Shown: positions 23,579 through 35,340 of the stretch, one piece after another
How the letters are laid out: each line of letters begins with the position of its first letter
How positions within the stretch are numbered: position 1 is the stretch's first letter
Assembly (NCBI GenBank): GCA_964252035.1
Contig: OZ176200.1
DNA: 64,000 nucleotides
Origin: Podarcis erhardii
Taxonomy: Eukaryota
Direction: 5' to 3' (one strand)
Made by a program: the position numbers and the translations under genes
Notes under the pieces: generated by a model
Database searches by the model: none
What the model was told of the DNA's origin: nothing
Seen by the model: the letters and a program-made list of their open reading frames with translations, nothing else

Positions 23579-24329
23579 GGATTCTGTGAGCAGGCATTTT
23601 TTATTTTTATTTTAAAAGAGAGCCTTCCTTCCCCAAGGCATACTGTGTGAAGAAAAAGAGGCATCTGCTATGGAAAATGCCGTTGAAATTGCAGGAACTC
23701 CAAGAAAGAAAGAAATTAGAGTGGAGACCTGTTTTCTGCATTGATTCTTCTATGGCTTTTTTTAACATGGGTCTTTTGAAATGAAAAAAAAAAAAAAAAA
23801 GATTCACATGAGTTGGCAATTACCACCTGCTGCTTCTGGCAGGAAATCTGTTCCTTGTAGAGCTGAGCATTGGGAAAATGATCTCTGTTTAATGCCTCCA
23901 TTTTTTTCCTGTGCCTCTTTAAACTACTTTGATTGAAGGATGGTGACTAATGGTAGACTTGTCTCACCAGGGAGGATTTAAAAGCCTAATTTCAGTCACT
24001 GGTTTAAATCCACATTTTGCAGTTTTTGTATATTCCCTGAACTAGCATGATTGACTGGTTGACAGAAAAAGATTTGGTTTCAGTCTCAAGTTGGGTGCCA
24101 GTGGCTTCCTGCAGAGCCCGACAGAAAATCTGCTGCTTTAATTGCAGAGCATGTCATACTTAATTCATGCTTGATTGATAATTCTCTATTATCTGTAAAT
24201 AAATAAATAAATAAATATCTAGGCATAAGAGCATCATCCAAACACTTTTTTTTTGCTTTTTGCCTTGTAGAACTACATATACTATGCAGAGATAAAAGAC
24301 CTGCAGGTATAGGGCAGTATATAAAATCA

Positions 24330-24388
<59 letters not shown>
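24330..24388. repeat. (AAT)n microsatellite
   Basis: Perfect trinucleotide run of ~59 bp. Confidence 0.98.
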
Positions 24389-24389
<1 letters not shown>

Positions 24390-24715
24390 GACATCTTTCC
24401 CTTTGGCTCTTTTCATGCAAGGATCCTGGGAAAAGTCACTATCTTCAATGCTGAGCTTAGAGCCCTCTGGTTAGAACAATTTGGAAGCAAGTCCTGCTGA
24501 ACAAGGTGAGATTTGCTTTCAAGTAAGCATTGAGCTGTGGATGTTTAGTCCATTTTAGAAGCAAGGGCTGCTAGTTGCTCAGCAAAATTTTGTTTCTTCA
24601 ACAGATGGAAAGGCAACGCCTGTGGCTTTGGGTTGGTTGCACCCATAAATATGGGTAAGTTGAGAACAGTGCCCTTAAGGCAATTGCTACATCTCGGGCC
24701 TGGTTTAGCGCAGTA

Positions 24716-24984
24716 CAGTGGTACCTCGCAAGACGAATGCCTCACAAGACGAAAAACGCGCAAGACGAAAGAGTTTTCCGTTTTTTTAGTCGTTCCGCAA
24801 GACGAATTTCCCTATGGGCTTGCTTCGCAAGATGAAACGTCTTGCGAGTTCTTGCGAGCTTTTTCCCTCCCCCCCCCTTTTTCTAAGCCGCTAAGCCGCT
24901 AATAGCAGTGCTCCGCAAGACGAAAAAACCGCAAGACGAAAAGACTCGCGGAACGGATTAATTTCGTCTTGCGAGGCACCACTG
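24716..24984. mobile_element. Tigger/pogo-like MITE, family B (GCAAGACGAA repeats, CpG-rich)
   Basis: TA-CAGTGGTACCTCGCAAGACGAA ... TTCGTCTTGCGAGGCACCACTG-TA. Confidence 0.9.
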
Positions 24985-25536
24985 TATGTGGTTGGGCCTG
25001 GTATGTATTTCTGTGGTATTCAAGTGAACATGAGTTTCTTCTTCAGCTGCTTTTGTCAAAGATGACATTGTGACTTGGCATATCTTACAAAGCTTATCTT
25101 AATAATCTGTGCTGCGAGGGAGGTCAGTATTATTCTTTTCAGGTTGCAAAGCAGAAGCTGAGGCTAAGGCAACATCCAAATCAAGCACTTCCCAGTTTGC
25201 ATTGTTAGCCACAATATTAGTGTACTTTCCGAGCCTCCTGTGAAAGAATTTAGCCAGCATCTTAGTTCTCTCACACAGCTAAACCTTTCTGACATCCTGC
25301 ACATGCTTCAGGGCTAGTCTGCCACTCTCATACTGAACCCTTTAACCCAATGGTTATCAAACTTTTTTCTCTGAGCCACACTTTCAGAATAAAAATTTGC
25401 TATCGCTACACTGTTGTTGTTTTTTATTGATGAGAAATACATTGGAGAACAAAAAAGAAACAACCACGAACAGTGTTTGATTTACAACATAGAACTCAAC
25501 TACTTTGTAATGCGTTCATGAGACATCCAGAAAGTA

Positions 25537-25788
25537 CAGTCGTACCTTGCAAGACAAATGGAATCTGTTCCAGAAGTCCATTCGACTTCCAAAAGATTTG
25601 GAAACCAAAGTGCAGCTTCTGATTGGCTGCAGGAAGCTCCTGCAGCCAATCGGAAGCCGCAGAAGCCCCACCGGATGTTCGAATTCCAAAGAACGTTCGC
25701 AAACCAGAACACTCGCTTCCAGGTTTTTTCAGTGTTTGGGAGCCAAAATGTTCAAGTACCAAGGCGTTCGGGATCTGAGGTACGACTG
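25537..25788. mobile_element. Tigger/pogo-like MITE, family C
   Basis: TA-CAGTCGTACCT ... AGGTACGACTG-TA, with a central 14-bp perfect palindrome at 25621-25651. Confidence 0.88.
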
Positions 25789-26168
25789 TATAAACCAAAT
25801 CAGCTACAAGAGAACATGAATCATTCCCAAAATATAACTATAAATGAGCCTCCTCTTTTAAGTATACAAACTCATCAAGAGGTGTGAGCTTGTGGTATCA
25901 CTTGATGTTCTCGCTCTCACTTTGAAAAGATATCTAGCTGTATTCTGCAAACAAAAAATATTATTCCATTCTGTTCTGTTCTATTCTGCCATACTATACT
26001 ACACTAAAATATTTAAATGTTTCTTTGATTGTCCTTGAATTCTCCTGCTACATTTGCCATCTTTTCCTGACACACCAGTGTGGTGTGCCACACTGCTTTA
26101 ACTGAAGAGGCCAATTTGATCTGGGACGGCACAGTTGACCTGAGCATGTCAAGCATATCTTCATGGTA

Positions 26169-26547
26169 AAAAAGGTAAAGCAGCCCTGGACGGTAAAGTC
26201 CAGTCAAAGGCGACTATGGGGTTGCGGTGCTCATCTTGCTTTCAAGCGGAGGGAGCCAATGTTTGTCCACAGACAGCTTTCTGGGTCATGTGGCCAGCAT
26301 GACTAAACTGCTTCTGGCGCACAGAGGACTGTGACAGAAACCAGAGTGCAGGGAAACACCGTTTACCTTCCTGCCACAGTGGTACTTATTTATCTACTTG
26401 CACTGGTGTGCTTTTGAGCTGCTACGTTGGCAGGAGCTGGGACAGAGCAACGGGAGCTCACTCCGTTGCGGGGATTCGAACCGCCAACCTTCTGATCGGC
26501 AAGCCCAAGAGGCTCAGTGGTTTAGACCACAGCGCCACCTGCGTCCC
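26169..26547 (-). mobile_element. Sauria SINE (tRNA-derived, BovB partner)
   Basis: Minus-strand head GGGACGCAGGTGGCGCTGTGG, B box GGTTCGAATCC, (TTTACC)-type tail, 13-bp TSD TATCTTCATGGTA (26156-26168, 26548-26560). Confidence 0.92.
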
Positions 26548-27001
26548 TATCTTCATGGTACACTTTTGGAGCTGTACCTTTTCAGTCATACACATACATG
26601 GGATGAGTCCTTCCCTCTGGAGAGGATGTTGTAAGTTAAAGACCCTGCCTGTCTCCAGTAGGGAGAGCCATCGCTATCAAGAATATCATCCCCATCCGGC
26701 TGGTAGATGACCATGCATACACACCATGGCTTTCCACCAAAGAACATTGGGAACTGTAGTTCAACTCACACAGAGCTACAATTCCCAGCAACTTTAACAA
26801 ACTAGAGTTCCCAGGATCCTTTGGGGAAAGACATTTTTTTAAAGTGTACAGTGCCTGTGCAGCCTTTGTGTTAAACCCATTGTCGCTAATAAAAGGTACA
26901 ATAGTGTTTTCTCTCAGTGAAATTTTCATAGGATTGACATGTGGATATTAGGAAAAAGTTCTTTCATTCTATGTGTAACTAGAATGCATATGTAAACTAC
27001 G

Positions 27002-27018
27002 AGCTCCCTCTAGTGGCC
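27002..27018 (-). promoter_or_regulatory. Candidate CTCF site
   Basis: Minus strand GGCCACTAGAGGGAGCT matches the CTCF core consensus CCAC/GTAGRGGGCGC closely. Motif match only. Confidence 0.55.
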
Positions 27019-27410
27019 TTTAAAATTCCCCAAGCATTATTTTAAGCAATTGATTTGATGTGAAAAAGTAAAATATGCAGTTGCTAGCGTATGGTGCTGA
27101 ATTTGCTATCTTTTCCCTCGTGTGTGTTGTTAATAACTGTTCCAGGAAGCCATTTGGAGAAATCTTTAAACTTGCAATGTCCCACTTTATATGTTTATAT
27201 TCTGAAAAGCACGTTGAACCAAATCATAGAAAATTATGATTTCGCTATCCAGTGCTTACAAATAAGTTGAACTCAATGTCCTACTTACCTGGACCAGAAT
27301 GCCAGACTAGATAGGTCCTTGTCTGGATCTTCTGGTATCCAATCCCCAACCCCAGTCTTCTCTTACCAAAGCTGGGTTGGGATATAGAATATTTGGTAAA
27401 AATCGTGAAA

Positions 27411-27533
27411 CTGGGATAGCTCAGTTGGTAGAGCTTGAGACTCTAAATCTCAGGGTTGTGGGTTTGAGTCCCACGTTGCAGAGGGTTGTACTAGATGATG
27501 CTTGTAGTCCCTTTCATCTCTATGATTCTATGA
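27411..27533 (+). mobile_element. Short tRNA(Lys)-like SINE with a CR1-derived 3' tail
   Basis: GGATAGCTCAGTTGGTAGAGC (A box) ... GGTTTGAGTCC (B box), then a tail ending CTCTATGATTCTATGA like the CR1 end at 44523-44580. Confidence 0.8.
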
Positions 27534-27877
27534 AATCTTTGGGTACACAAATCTATAATTAACTAACTATCATATGAACATAAGAAGAGCCTGCTGTAGA
27601 GGTAGAACATAGCCATCACAGCTTCTAACTTTTAACCCCCTTGAACACATTGGGGCTTACTTCTGAGTACATATACACTGGGTAGGATTCATCTAACAAG
27701 CCCCATCAGTGGAAGAACTTCTGCTTGTGCAACACCTGCTCAACCCCACCCCCATATGCCCCCTGCACCTGTGAAATTGGCTTGGGGGGAGGTCGGGGAA
27801 TCCCCCAGAACAACATGCAGGGAGAAGAGTGGGGATCAGTCTATCTGGCAAGCTGCAATGCAACAATGAGAAAAGGC

Positions 27878-28054
27878 CAGTGCTTTTTTTCTGGGGGGAT
27901 GCAGGGGTATGCATACCCCTAAACATTTTGTGAATCTTTGTCTTTTTGTCCTTTTACTGTATTTATTTTTCCCAATGTGAACTATAAAATGGTGATTTTG
28001 CTGAGTCAAAATGAACGTACCCCTAAACATTTTTTTTTAAGAAAAAAAGCACTG
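27878..28054. mobile_element. hAT-like MITE
   Basis: TIR CAGTGCTTTTTTT...AAAAAAAGCACTG; internal direct repeat TACCCCTAAACATTTT twice; TSD degenerate. Confidence 0.6.
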
Positions 28055-28635
28055 GGAAGAGTGCAATGTTAAATTCCACCCACAAGGTTGTGTTATCCAC
28101 AACCGAGAAGAAGTAACTTTTAAATGTACATGAACTTCAGTTTGGTAGTGTTTTTCAAGTATTTAATTACCAGTGTGGCAGATATAGCCACATACGCAGC
28201 TCTGTCCTTGGCTTTTTCGCATGCATGCTTGAAACATTCTTTTCAAGGACGTATGGGCAAGTGAGAAAATGTTAACGTGATTTAACTGAGAGAAGACACT
28301 ATTTAGAACAGCTCTCCTAGCCATTTCAGTCTTGACCTTACCCCCAGGAGGCCATGCTTAGAGAAATGAGATGCACGTATAGATAAGTGTCTGATGCCTC
28401 TAATGATTTGAGGAGCATTTGGAAAGGAGTGGAGCTCAAGAGCAACAAGGTCTTGTGTTGAAGTGTTCTTGTTTTACATTTTATGTGCTCAGCAAGCAGA
28501 AAGTCCATGCTTTTTATGCAAATTTGGATTCAGGAGATATATGTTCAGGATTCTGAAATAGGAAGCAAATTTGGTAGATCAAAGGGAAATAGTCAATGTT
28601 TTGAAGACAGGACATTGTTTGGAAGTGTGTTTGTG

Positions 28636-29002
28636 TGTCATGGGCTCGGAGTCAGCTTCACCTGCTGAACAGCAGCCTGAAGGATGAGAAGGTGGAATGA
28701 CTCCACCTGCAGCTGATCAGCCTTCAAGGGCAGGAGGAGAAGGCACTTATGAGAACCAGCTGACTTCAGCCTTCTTAAACAGCTCTCAGCAGCAGTCAGA
28801 TGCTGGAAACAATGCCTGTGGTTCTTAGACCTGCCTTATTGCTCTTCATCTGGATTACCTGACATCTGGACTGGGCCCTTGGCTCTGTGATTTCCTGACC
28901 TGGACTGTCTGACTTTGTATGTGGATTCTGTTCTCAGGCAAGTGTATTTTGGAGACTCCTAGCCCCTGCTTGCTTAGAAATGGGACTCGGACAGAGCTAT
29001 GA

Positions 29003-29004
<2 letters not shown>
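28636..29004 (+). mobile_element. Probable degraded solo LTR
   Basis: Termini TGTCAT...ATGAC(T); possible 4-bp TSD TGTG/CGTG; LTR-like length. No clear polyA signal. Confidence 0.5.

Positions 29005-29005
<1 letters not shown>

Positions 29006-29045
<40 letters not shown>
29006..29045. repeat. (GT)n microsatellite
   Basis: Perfect dinucleotide run. Confidence 0.98.
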
Positions 29046-29047
<2 letters not shown>

Positions 29048-32000
29048 GCAGACTGGCATTGACAGATGTGCAGCTGCAGCTCCTTTAGGGTTGGTTTATA
29101 TGGTCTGAATTGTGGAAATGTTTAGTGGGGTATTTGGCCTGCCCACACATGCCCTTACATATGTGTACAAAGGACATGTTTTTAAGAGGGGCATCTACTT
29201 AGCTTTTTGTAAGGCCTGACTAACAGAATGAGGTCTTTAGGCCACAGCTGGAATGTTACCAGGGGAGTAGCATTCATTGAGGAAGCAAAAAGGAGGGTCT
29301 TTTTCCTTCAAAAAAAGAGGGGAAGGGAACAGTTGCTGGTGCAAAAGACCTTGCAGAGTCTTCCCCTGGATCAACATTTCTTGAGTAATGTTCAAACAAG
29401 GAACTAGGGCTTCTTTCCCTTGGGAGAAACTTGAGCCTTCTCCATTTCTGGGGCTGGTGTGTCTCATTGTTGGAAAAAGCCACTTTGTACAACTTGCACA
29501 CTGGAAACACGAAAACACATGGCTCTGCGTCCTTGTAACCTGCAAGAAGCCACTGAAATCACAGAAAGCCCTATTTGGATGTGCTGCATATGCATAAAAA
29601 CTACATGTACACAATGGGAGTGCACTAAGCTCCACCCCCTTTGTCTTCCTTTGTTTGCTCTCCATGAATTGGGCAGTGCAGTGGGAGCCTCTGGTCCTTG
29701 TAACTGTTCCCAGCACAATGTGGAACAATGCAAAATTGGGATTCTAATTCACTCAAGGAGCCTTCACAAATAGATGAGGCTCTCCACTTCAAACAGCACA
29801 AGTTGTAGAAACGGATGGTCTTAGTGATGCGTCAAGTGGTGCACAATCCATTCGTCACCATTTGCCCTGCTCATGTGTAACCTTTACAGGCAAGCTGTAT
29901 GCCCAAATTGGGCTAGAGCCTATCAACCATAGAAGCTTGATCTAGAAATGTACTGTACAAACCTTTCCTTGGCTTTTTAATCATTGCTTTTAAAAGATGA
30001 GCTAAAATGAGAAATTGGAGAAGTGTAAGAGTTGTCTAGATCAGGCAAGCTGAACACAAATGTGATCTCTACAGGCTAGATCGGGGGTGGGGGAAAATTC
30101 ACATTGACACACTGAATATAACAACAGGGAATAAACATCCACGGTGTTGTGTGACTCCTGGACTTTCTGTGACTCAGAGTGAATCAGCAGAATGTGGCAA
30201 TACTGTCAAATGACAGTGTTTACCAGAGTGAAACAAATAAACCTCTCTGTTGATGGGGATTGCTCTTGGGGGCAACATGTCAGTTGCTTCTGCTGGTCCT
30301 AAGACTGTCAAAGCCTGGACTAAACATTTGTGCATTTATGGATTGTGTTCAACCAGCCACACAATGGCTTCCTCCCTGGATAATTGTATCAGCAGCTTAC
30401 TAATACTGGAAATCATCTAAATACTGCCTCACGAACATAGAGGATGCTCCCTGGTTCTTTAAAACTTAGCCTCAGCATGGCCCTGCTCGCTTAGCAGTCC
30501 AGTGTTGTAGAGATTGAAACTTGCAAGTGAAAGGTGAGCATATAAGCCACATACTATGGTATAGATTGCTGCAGGTAGTGGGTGATCAACACATTTCTCT
30601 ATGCTAAATTAGAGCACACCATTTGGAAGATGAATGGAAGGCTTTGCAATTTATGTGTTCAAGCATTCCAGTTTGATGAGAAAAGTAGGCCAGGAGTCAC
30701 ATTCACATGTATTCCAAGGAATGAAAACCTACATGATAAAGCTCACCTTCTGCCTTACCAGGCCTACAAAAGCCTAGCAGAAAACAGAGTACTATTTGCA
30801 AAGACAAGTGTGGAGTCTTTGTCTATTTCCACTCCATGTCACTTTTGCATGTGTTAACCCATAAATCTGATCCATCCTGCTTCCACAGTCTCACCTAAAA
30901 GAAGAAAAATTGGGCTTTTTTCTTGTTTCTACTGCAGACTGCTTCCAAAAAAGGCTGTTGAGCTTAGGTGCTAGTGATGCCCAGCGGCAGACACAAACTT
31001 AACCCACTGCCCATTCAAATTGGGAACTTCATGGTCATCCAATAACTGCCCAAAGTGGATTTGCTGTCAGTGCAGATCAGTGGTGATAGCAAGCTCCAAA
31101 ATGGGGGTTTAAGCATACATAATAGTTTGCATTGCCAGCTCGGTTTCAAGCCACTGATGCAAAGGTGTATGTGTGGGGGGGTACTTTGGGTCACCTGATG
31201 TCACTGTGACATCAGGGAAGTGACAGGAGGCTGGCCCCACCCAGGTTTCTAAGCTACCCACAGGGGTGAGGAAGCTGAGGGTTTGGCCCACCAGCCCACA
31301 TAACATTCCCCACCCCTGAACTTGAGATTGGCTTTTAATAAGTAAGTCTCATCTAAGCTTTGACATAATTGTGCCTTATAGATGTTGCAGGTTTGCTTTG
31401 CAGTGTGCTTAATTATAGTGACAAATCACAATATACAGGACATTCACACATTTTATATTTATGTGGACAGATACGATGCTTTTGGTGTTAAAAAAAACAA
31501 TGAAGTGAGATTACAACAAAAATGGGTATGGTGTAGGTTTTTTAAGATCCTGGCTGTTAATTGGGAAAACGACATGCTTGTAGCGGCATTGCAGGCATTA
31601 GAAAGGGGGGTGAGGGTAAAGGGATCCTTCCTTCCTGTTACTCGGGGGGGGGGGGGAGGAGAGAAAGAGTGTCAAATGCAGGCGGACTGGGTCACTTATG
31701 GCAAAAGCCGGCAACAATGAGCTAATTTAGAACTCTTGCAGGAACAGAATGCTTTCCTGCACACTTTCCACCTCCACCCCTGACTCTTGATTCCAGTCTG
31801 AACAAAACCTCCAGCAGTTTGCCCTTTGCTATTAAGTGTCTATTTAGTGGCAAATCCAGATTCTCAGGTGCATAAATTGCCTAAAGAAAAATGGCATGAT
31901 GAATAAACATTGTTTTCATTTGGGGTGGTCACTTGCCCCACAAAATGAAATGCATCAACACAAACGGGGGGGGGGGGGACTTGCATAAAATTTCCATATA

Positions 32001-32063
32001 CTAATTTATGCATTTAGATGCAAATTTAGAAACGATTACTCTACTTAAAATAGAAATACGGTA

Positions 32064-32305
32064 CAGTGGTACCTTGGGTTAAGTACTTAATTCATTCCGG
32101 AGGTCCGTACTTAACCTGAAACTGTTCTTAACCTGAAGCACCACTTTAGCTAATGGGGCCTCCTGCTGCTGCTGTGCCACTGAAGCACGATTTCTATTCT
32201 CATCCTGAAGCAAAGTTCTTAACCTGAAGCACTATTTCTGGGTTAGCGGAGTCTGTAACCTGAAGCTTATGTAACCTGAAGCATATGTAACCTGAGGTAC
32301 CACTG
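32064..32305. mobile_element. Tigger/pogo-like MITE, family A
   Basis: TA-CAGTGGTACCT ... AGGTACCACTG-TA; internal sequence similar to the 18853 and 52034 copies. Confidence 0.92.
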
Positions 32306-33883
32306 TATATCGCGCCATAGTGGGGGAAGACAGTGCCCTTTTGTGTACTCAGTCTTCTGTCCCAAACAGTTGAGAGGCAATTTCAAGGCTCCTGCTCTCC
32401 CTTCATATGGTTCTTTATGTTAAAAATGGATTTGGACTGGACAGGTCTTCAAATAAACACCTTTGAATAAGAGGACTGTCCTCTATAAAGTCAGACACAT
32501 GGCCACCCTATTCAACATTCCTATTTGACATACCAAATTATTGGATAAGATACTTTGATTTTCAGCATTAAACCTGATACTGTATAGTTATTGCATCCCT
32601 ATACAAAATGTTACACAAAAACTTAAGGATTTTGTTGCGCCCCTCACAAATTATTTAAGTAGATATTAACCATCAACCCTATTTAGAGTCAATGTTCTAA
32701 TATATTAATGTAAATAACTGTTCAAAAGGAGCAAATTAATCCCTGACTAAATATGGAAATGAAGGCATATGAAATTCTATCCAATTACCTTAAGCAAAAT
32801 TAACGTTAACCCAAGCAAGAATGTAATGGCTATTTGAGTATTAATTCAGAGAGCCCAGTAAGAAGTGTGACTGACCTGCGGATAAGCTGTAATACTTTGA
32901 AGGAAATGGGGATGACAGAGATAGCGAATAATTACTCTTGAGAGAGCGCTAGTATGGAAACCAAAGCATTTTTATTACTGTCTTACTGCCTGGTTTGAAA
33001 AGGTCAGGCACATCTTTGTAGCTTCAGAAAGCCCAATGTAGTACAAAGTCAGCTGCATTTTCTGTACATATAATATGAACTTGGATTTTTCTTTTTTCTT
33101 TTTTAAATGGAACATTTCCTTGATCTGGGAAAGTGTCTTGAGGTTAACAGCCTCTGCTGAACTTTGATTTTTTTTAAGCTCCTCTGAAGTGGCAAGAAAA
33201 CTTCTGTAGACTCTTAAAAATTGAGTGGTGTCTAAAAGTTGTCATAATGCAATATCCATTGCTTTTTCTGGGCTGGATCGTACCCTTTAGGCTTGCCCCA
33301 TAGCAACTGCGGGTGACCTCCAGTATGTGGGTCTACTCAAGCACACTAGGCCTCCTCATTTGGCCTATGGCATGGTTCAGCCCAAACCACATCTATACTG
33401 CCCATCTACCTGATGTCATATGCTGTCAGGTGCTGGACAAGTAAAGCCATGAAAAGGAAGAATGGGGAGTTGGGAGCACACTTTCCAGCCAATGATAGAA
33501 TTTAGCACTTTTTAAAAAGAGACTCTTCCTGGTGCCCTGACCTACAGATCCCTTACCCCACCCACAAGCTTACTGCCTTTACCTTCTGCGTACTAAAATA
33601 TTTACAAGCAAAATCGTAGCAAGGCCTGAAGGTAGAATACTTAGGCATAAGAACTCTAAATGTTCATGTGATAAAGAGGATAGTTAAAATGGGGATTTAT
33701 TTTATAACATGGAGTTTCTGTGATGGTACTCCAAATGCTGTTGCTTCCCTCTATGCCTTGAAAGCCCCAGTGCCTAGAATATGTTGTCGTGTCATGGAGC
33801 ACTTGGGAAATGCTACTGATTCAGGTTAGACTCCCCCCCCCACTTGCCCCTCAGCACATTACCTATGGAAGCATATATATATA

Positions 33884-34302
33884 TGTTGTTGTTTAGTCGT
33901 TTAGTCATTTCCGACTCTTCGTGACTCCATGAACCAGAGCACACCAGGCACTCCTATCTTTCACTGCCTCCCGCAGTGGAGACTAGATGGTCCAGTCATC
34001 ATAAAAACATGGAGCTAGATGGTCCAGTGGTCTAATGAGGTGGCCAGAGTATTGTAGCCTCAGCTTCAGGATCTGTCCTTCCAGTGAGCACTCAGGGCTG
34101 ATTTCCTTAAGAATGGATAGGTTTGATCTTCTTGCAGTCCATGGGACTCTCAAGAGTCTCTTCCAGCACCATAATTCAAAAGCATCAATTCTTTGGCGAT
34201 CAGCCTTCTTTATGGTCCAGCTCTCGCTTCCATATATCACTACTGGGAAAACCATAGCTTTAACTATACGGACCTTTGTTGGCAAGGTGATGTCTCTGCT
34301 TT
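33884..34302 (-). mobile_element. BovB 3' fragment with an internal deletion replaced by inverted flank sequence
   Basis: (TTG)n tail at ~33884. Minus translation PTKVRIVKAMVFPVVIYGSESWTIKKADRQRIDAFELWCW...QYSGHL. Flanked by (TA)n on both sides. Confidence 0.9.
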
Positions 34303-34477
34303 ATATATATAACCACCTCATTAGACCACTGGACCATCTAGCTCCATGTTTTTATTCTGACTGGACCTGACCTTCCAGGCTTTTCAGACAGATCTTTTTC
34401 CAGTCCTAATTGGAGATGCTGAGGACTGAACTTGGGATCGTCTGCCTACTCTGCCGCTGAACTCTAGTCTATCCCCT
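34303..34477 (-). mobile_element. Old tRNA-derived squamate SINE
   Basis: Minus strand: degenerate head with AAGTTCAGTCCTCAGCATCTCC (B-box region), then ...GGAGCTAGATGGTCCAGTGGTCT, resembling a common squamate SINE tail (from recall). Confidence 0.6.
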
Positions 34478-34789
34478 AAATAGTTAACCATTCAAAATGC
34501 ACATGAAATGTCTCATGGTGGTTTCTGAGAACACTTTCATACTGAGTACATAATGTGCAAACCAGATCATTTGCAGTAATCAGCAGCTAACTGGAGGTGA
34601 TTTCTGTGATTGTGTCAGAAATGTTATAATAGAAATCATGAACAACTGGAACCTAGATTGCATTCTCTGTATGCAAGTGTTTCCAGAATCGGTCAGGGGG
34701 GCTTTGTGTCCATGTCAGACTGTCCCCTATAATACATAAATTGGGTGGCTTAATTCCTCTGAATCTATTAGTCTGAAGTTACCCTACAG

Positions 34790-35340
34790 TGGAACATTCT
34801 AATTGTGAGACATTGAGGTCTGAATTGCATAGGCTGATCTGTTTGCAAGAGGGTGCAGGGGAGAGCAATGACGACCTTTCGGCGTACGGTCAAAGCCTCC
34901 CTTCAGAAACCCCTTTAACGGGGAACCCTGGTATCGCCGCCGCAAAGAGGAAGATGGACTAAAGGATTCTGCCCAAGGCCTGATACCGCCAAAGTTGTGA
35001 CGTTTTGCTACGGGAAAGGCGAAACCTGCCAATGCAGGGAAATTCCTTTCCGGCCCTTTAACAGCGACCTTAACGTAGCAGCGCCCGCATACCTGTGAAG
35101 AAAAGTTAACCTGCAAAATAAGACATTAACTGAGGGTGGGTAGGGTGGGAGAAGCTCTGGAGCCAAGTGAGGATTCCCAGGTAAGATCCTCCCTCTATTG
35201 TGTGGGCAGGTAATCCCTCCCCTACCTGGCCTGGTCTCCTTGGCAATGCTTCCCCCAGGTGGGATTGGACAACTGACTGAGGTAGGCGGAGACCTCCAGG
35301 TATCCCACCTGAGGGAAGGCAAAGCCAAGCCTATGCTGTT
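34790..35340. other. Unclassified CpG-rich interspersed-repeat-like segment (possibly a DIRS/Ngaro or LTR terminus)
   Basis: Sharp rise in GC and CpG relative to AT-rich flanks, several hairpins, no coding similarity recognised. The classification is tentative. Confidence 0.4.

Noticed and set aside
24086-24420. Poly-Leu and poly-Tyr ORFs
   Set aside because: Translations of the (AAT)n microsatellite.
24422-24505. 84-nt plus-strand exon-like unit with good acceptor and donor
   Set aside because: All three frames contain stops, and splice-like pairs arise often by chance. Only RNA-seq could support a non-coding exon.
27411-27483. Possible tRNA-Lys gene
   Set aside because: The acceptor stem does not pair, the B box is mutated and it is fused to a CR1 tail, so it is a SINE.
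29237-29773. Overlapping ORFs of 78-163 aa on both strands
   Set aside because: No domain or family similarity recognised; consistent with chance ORFs.
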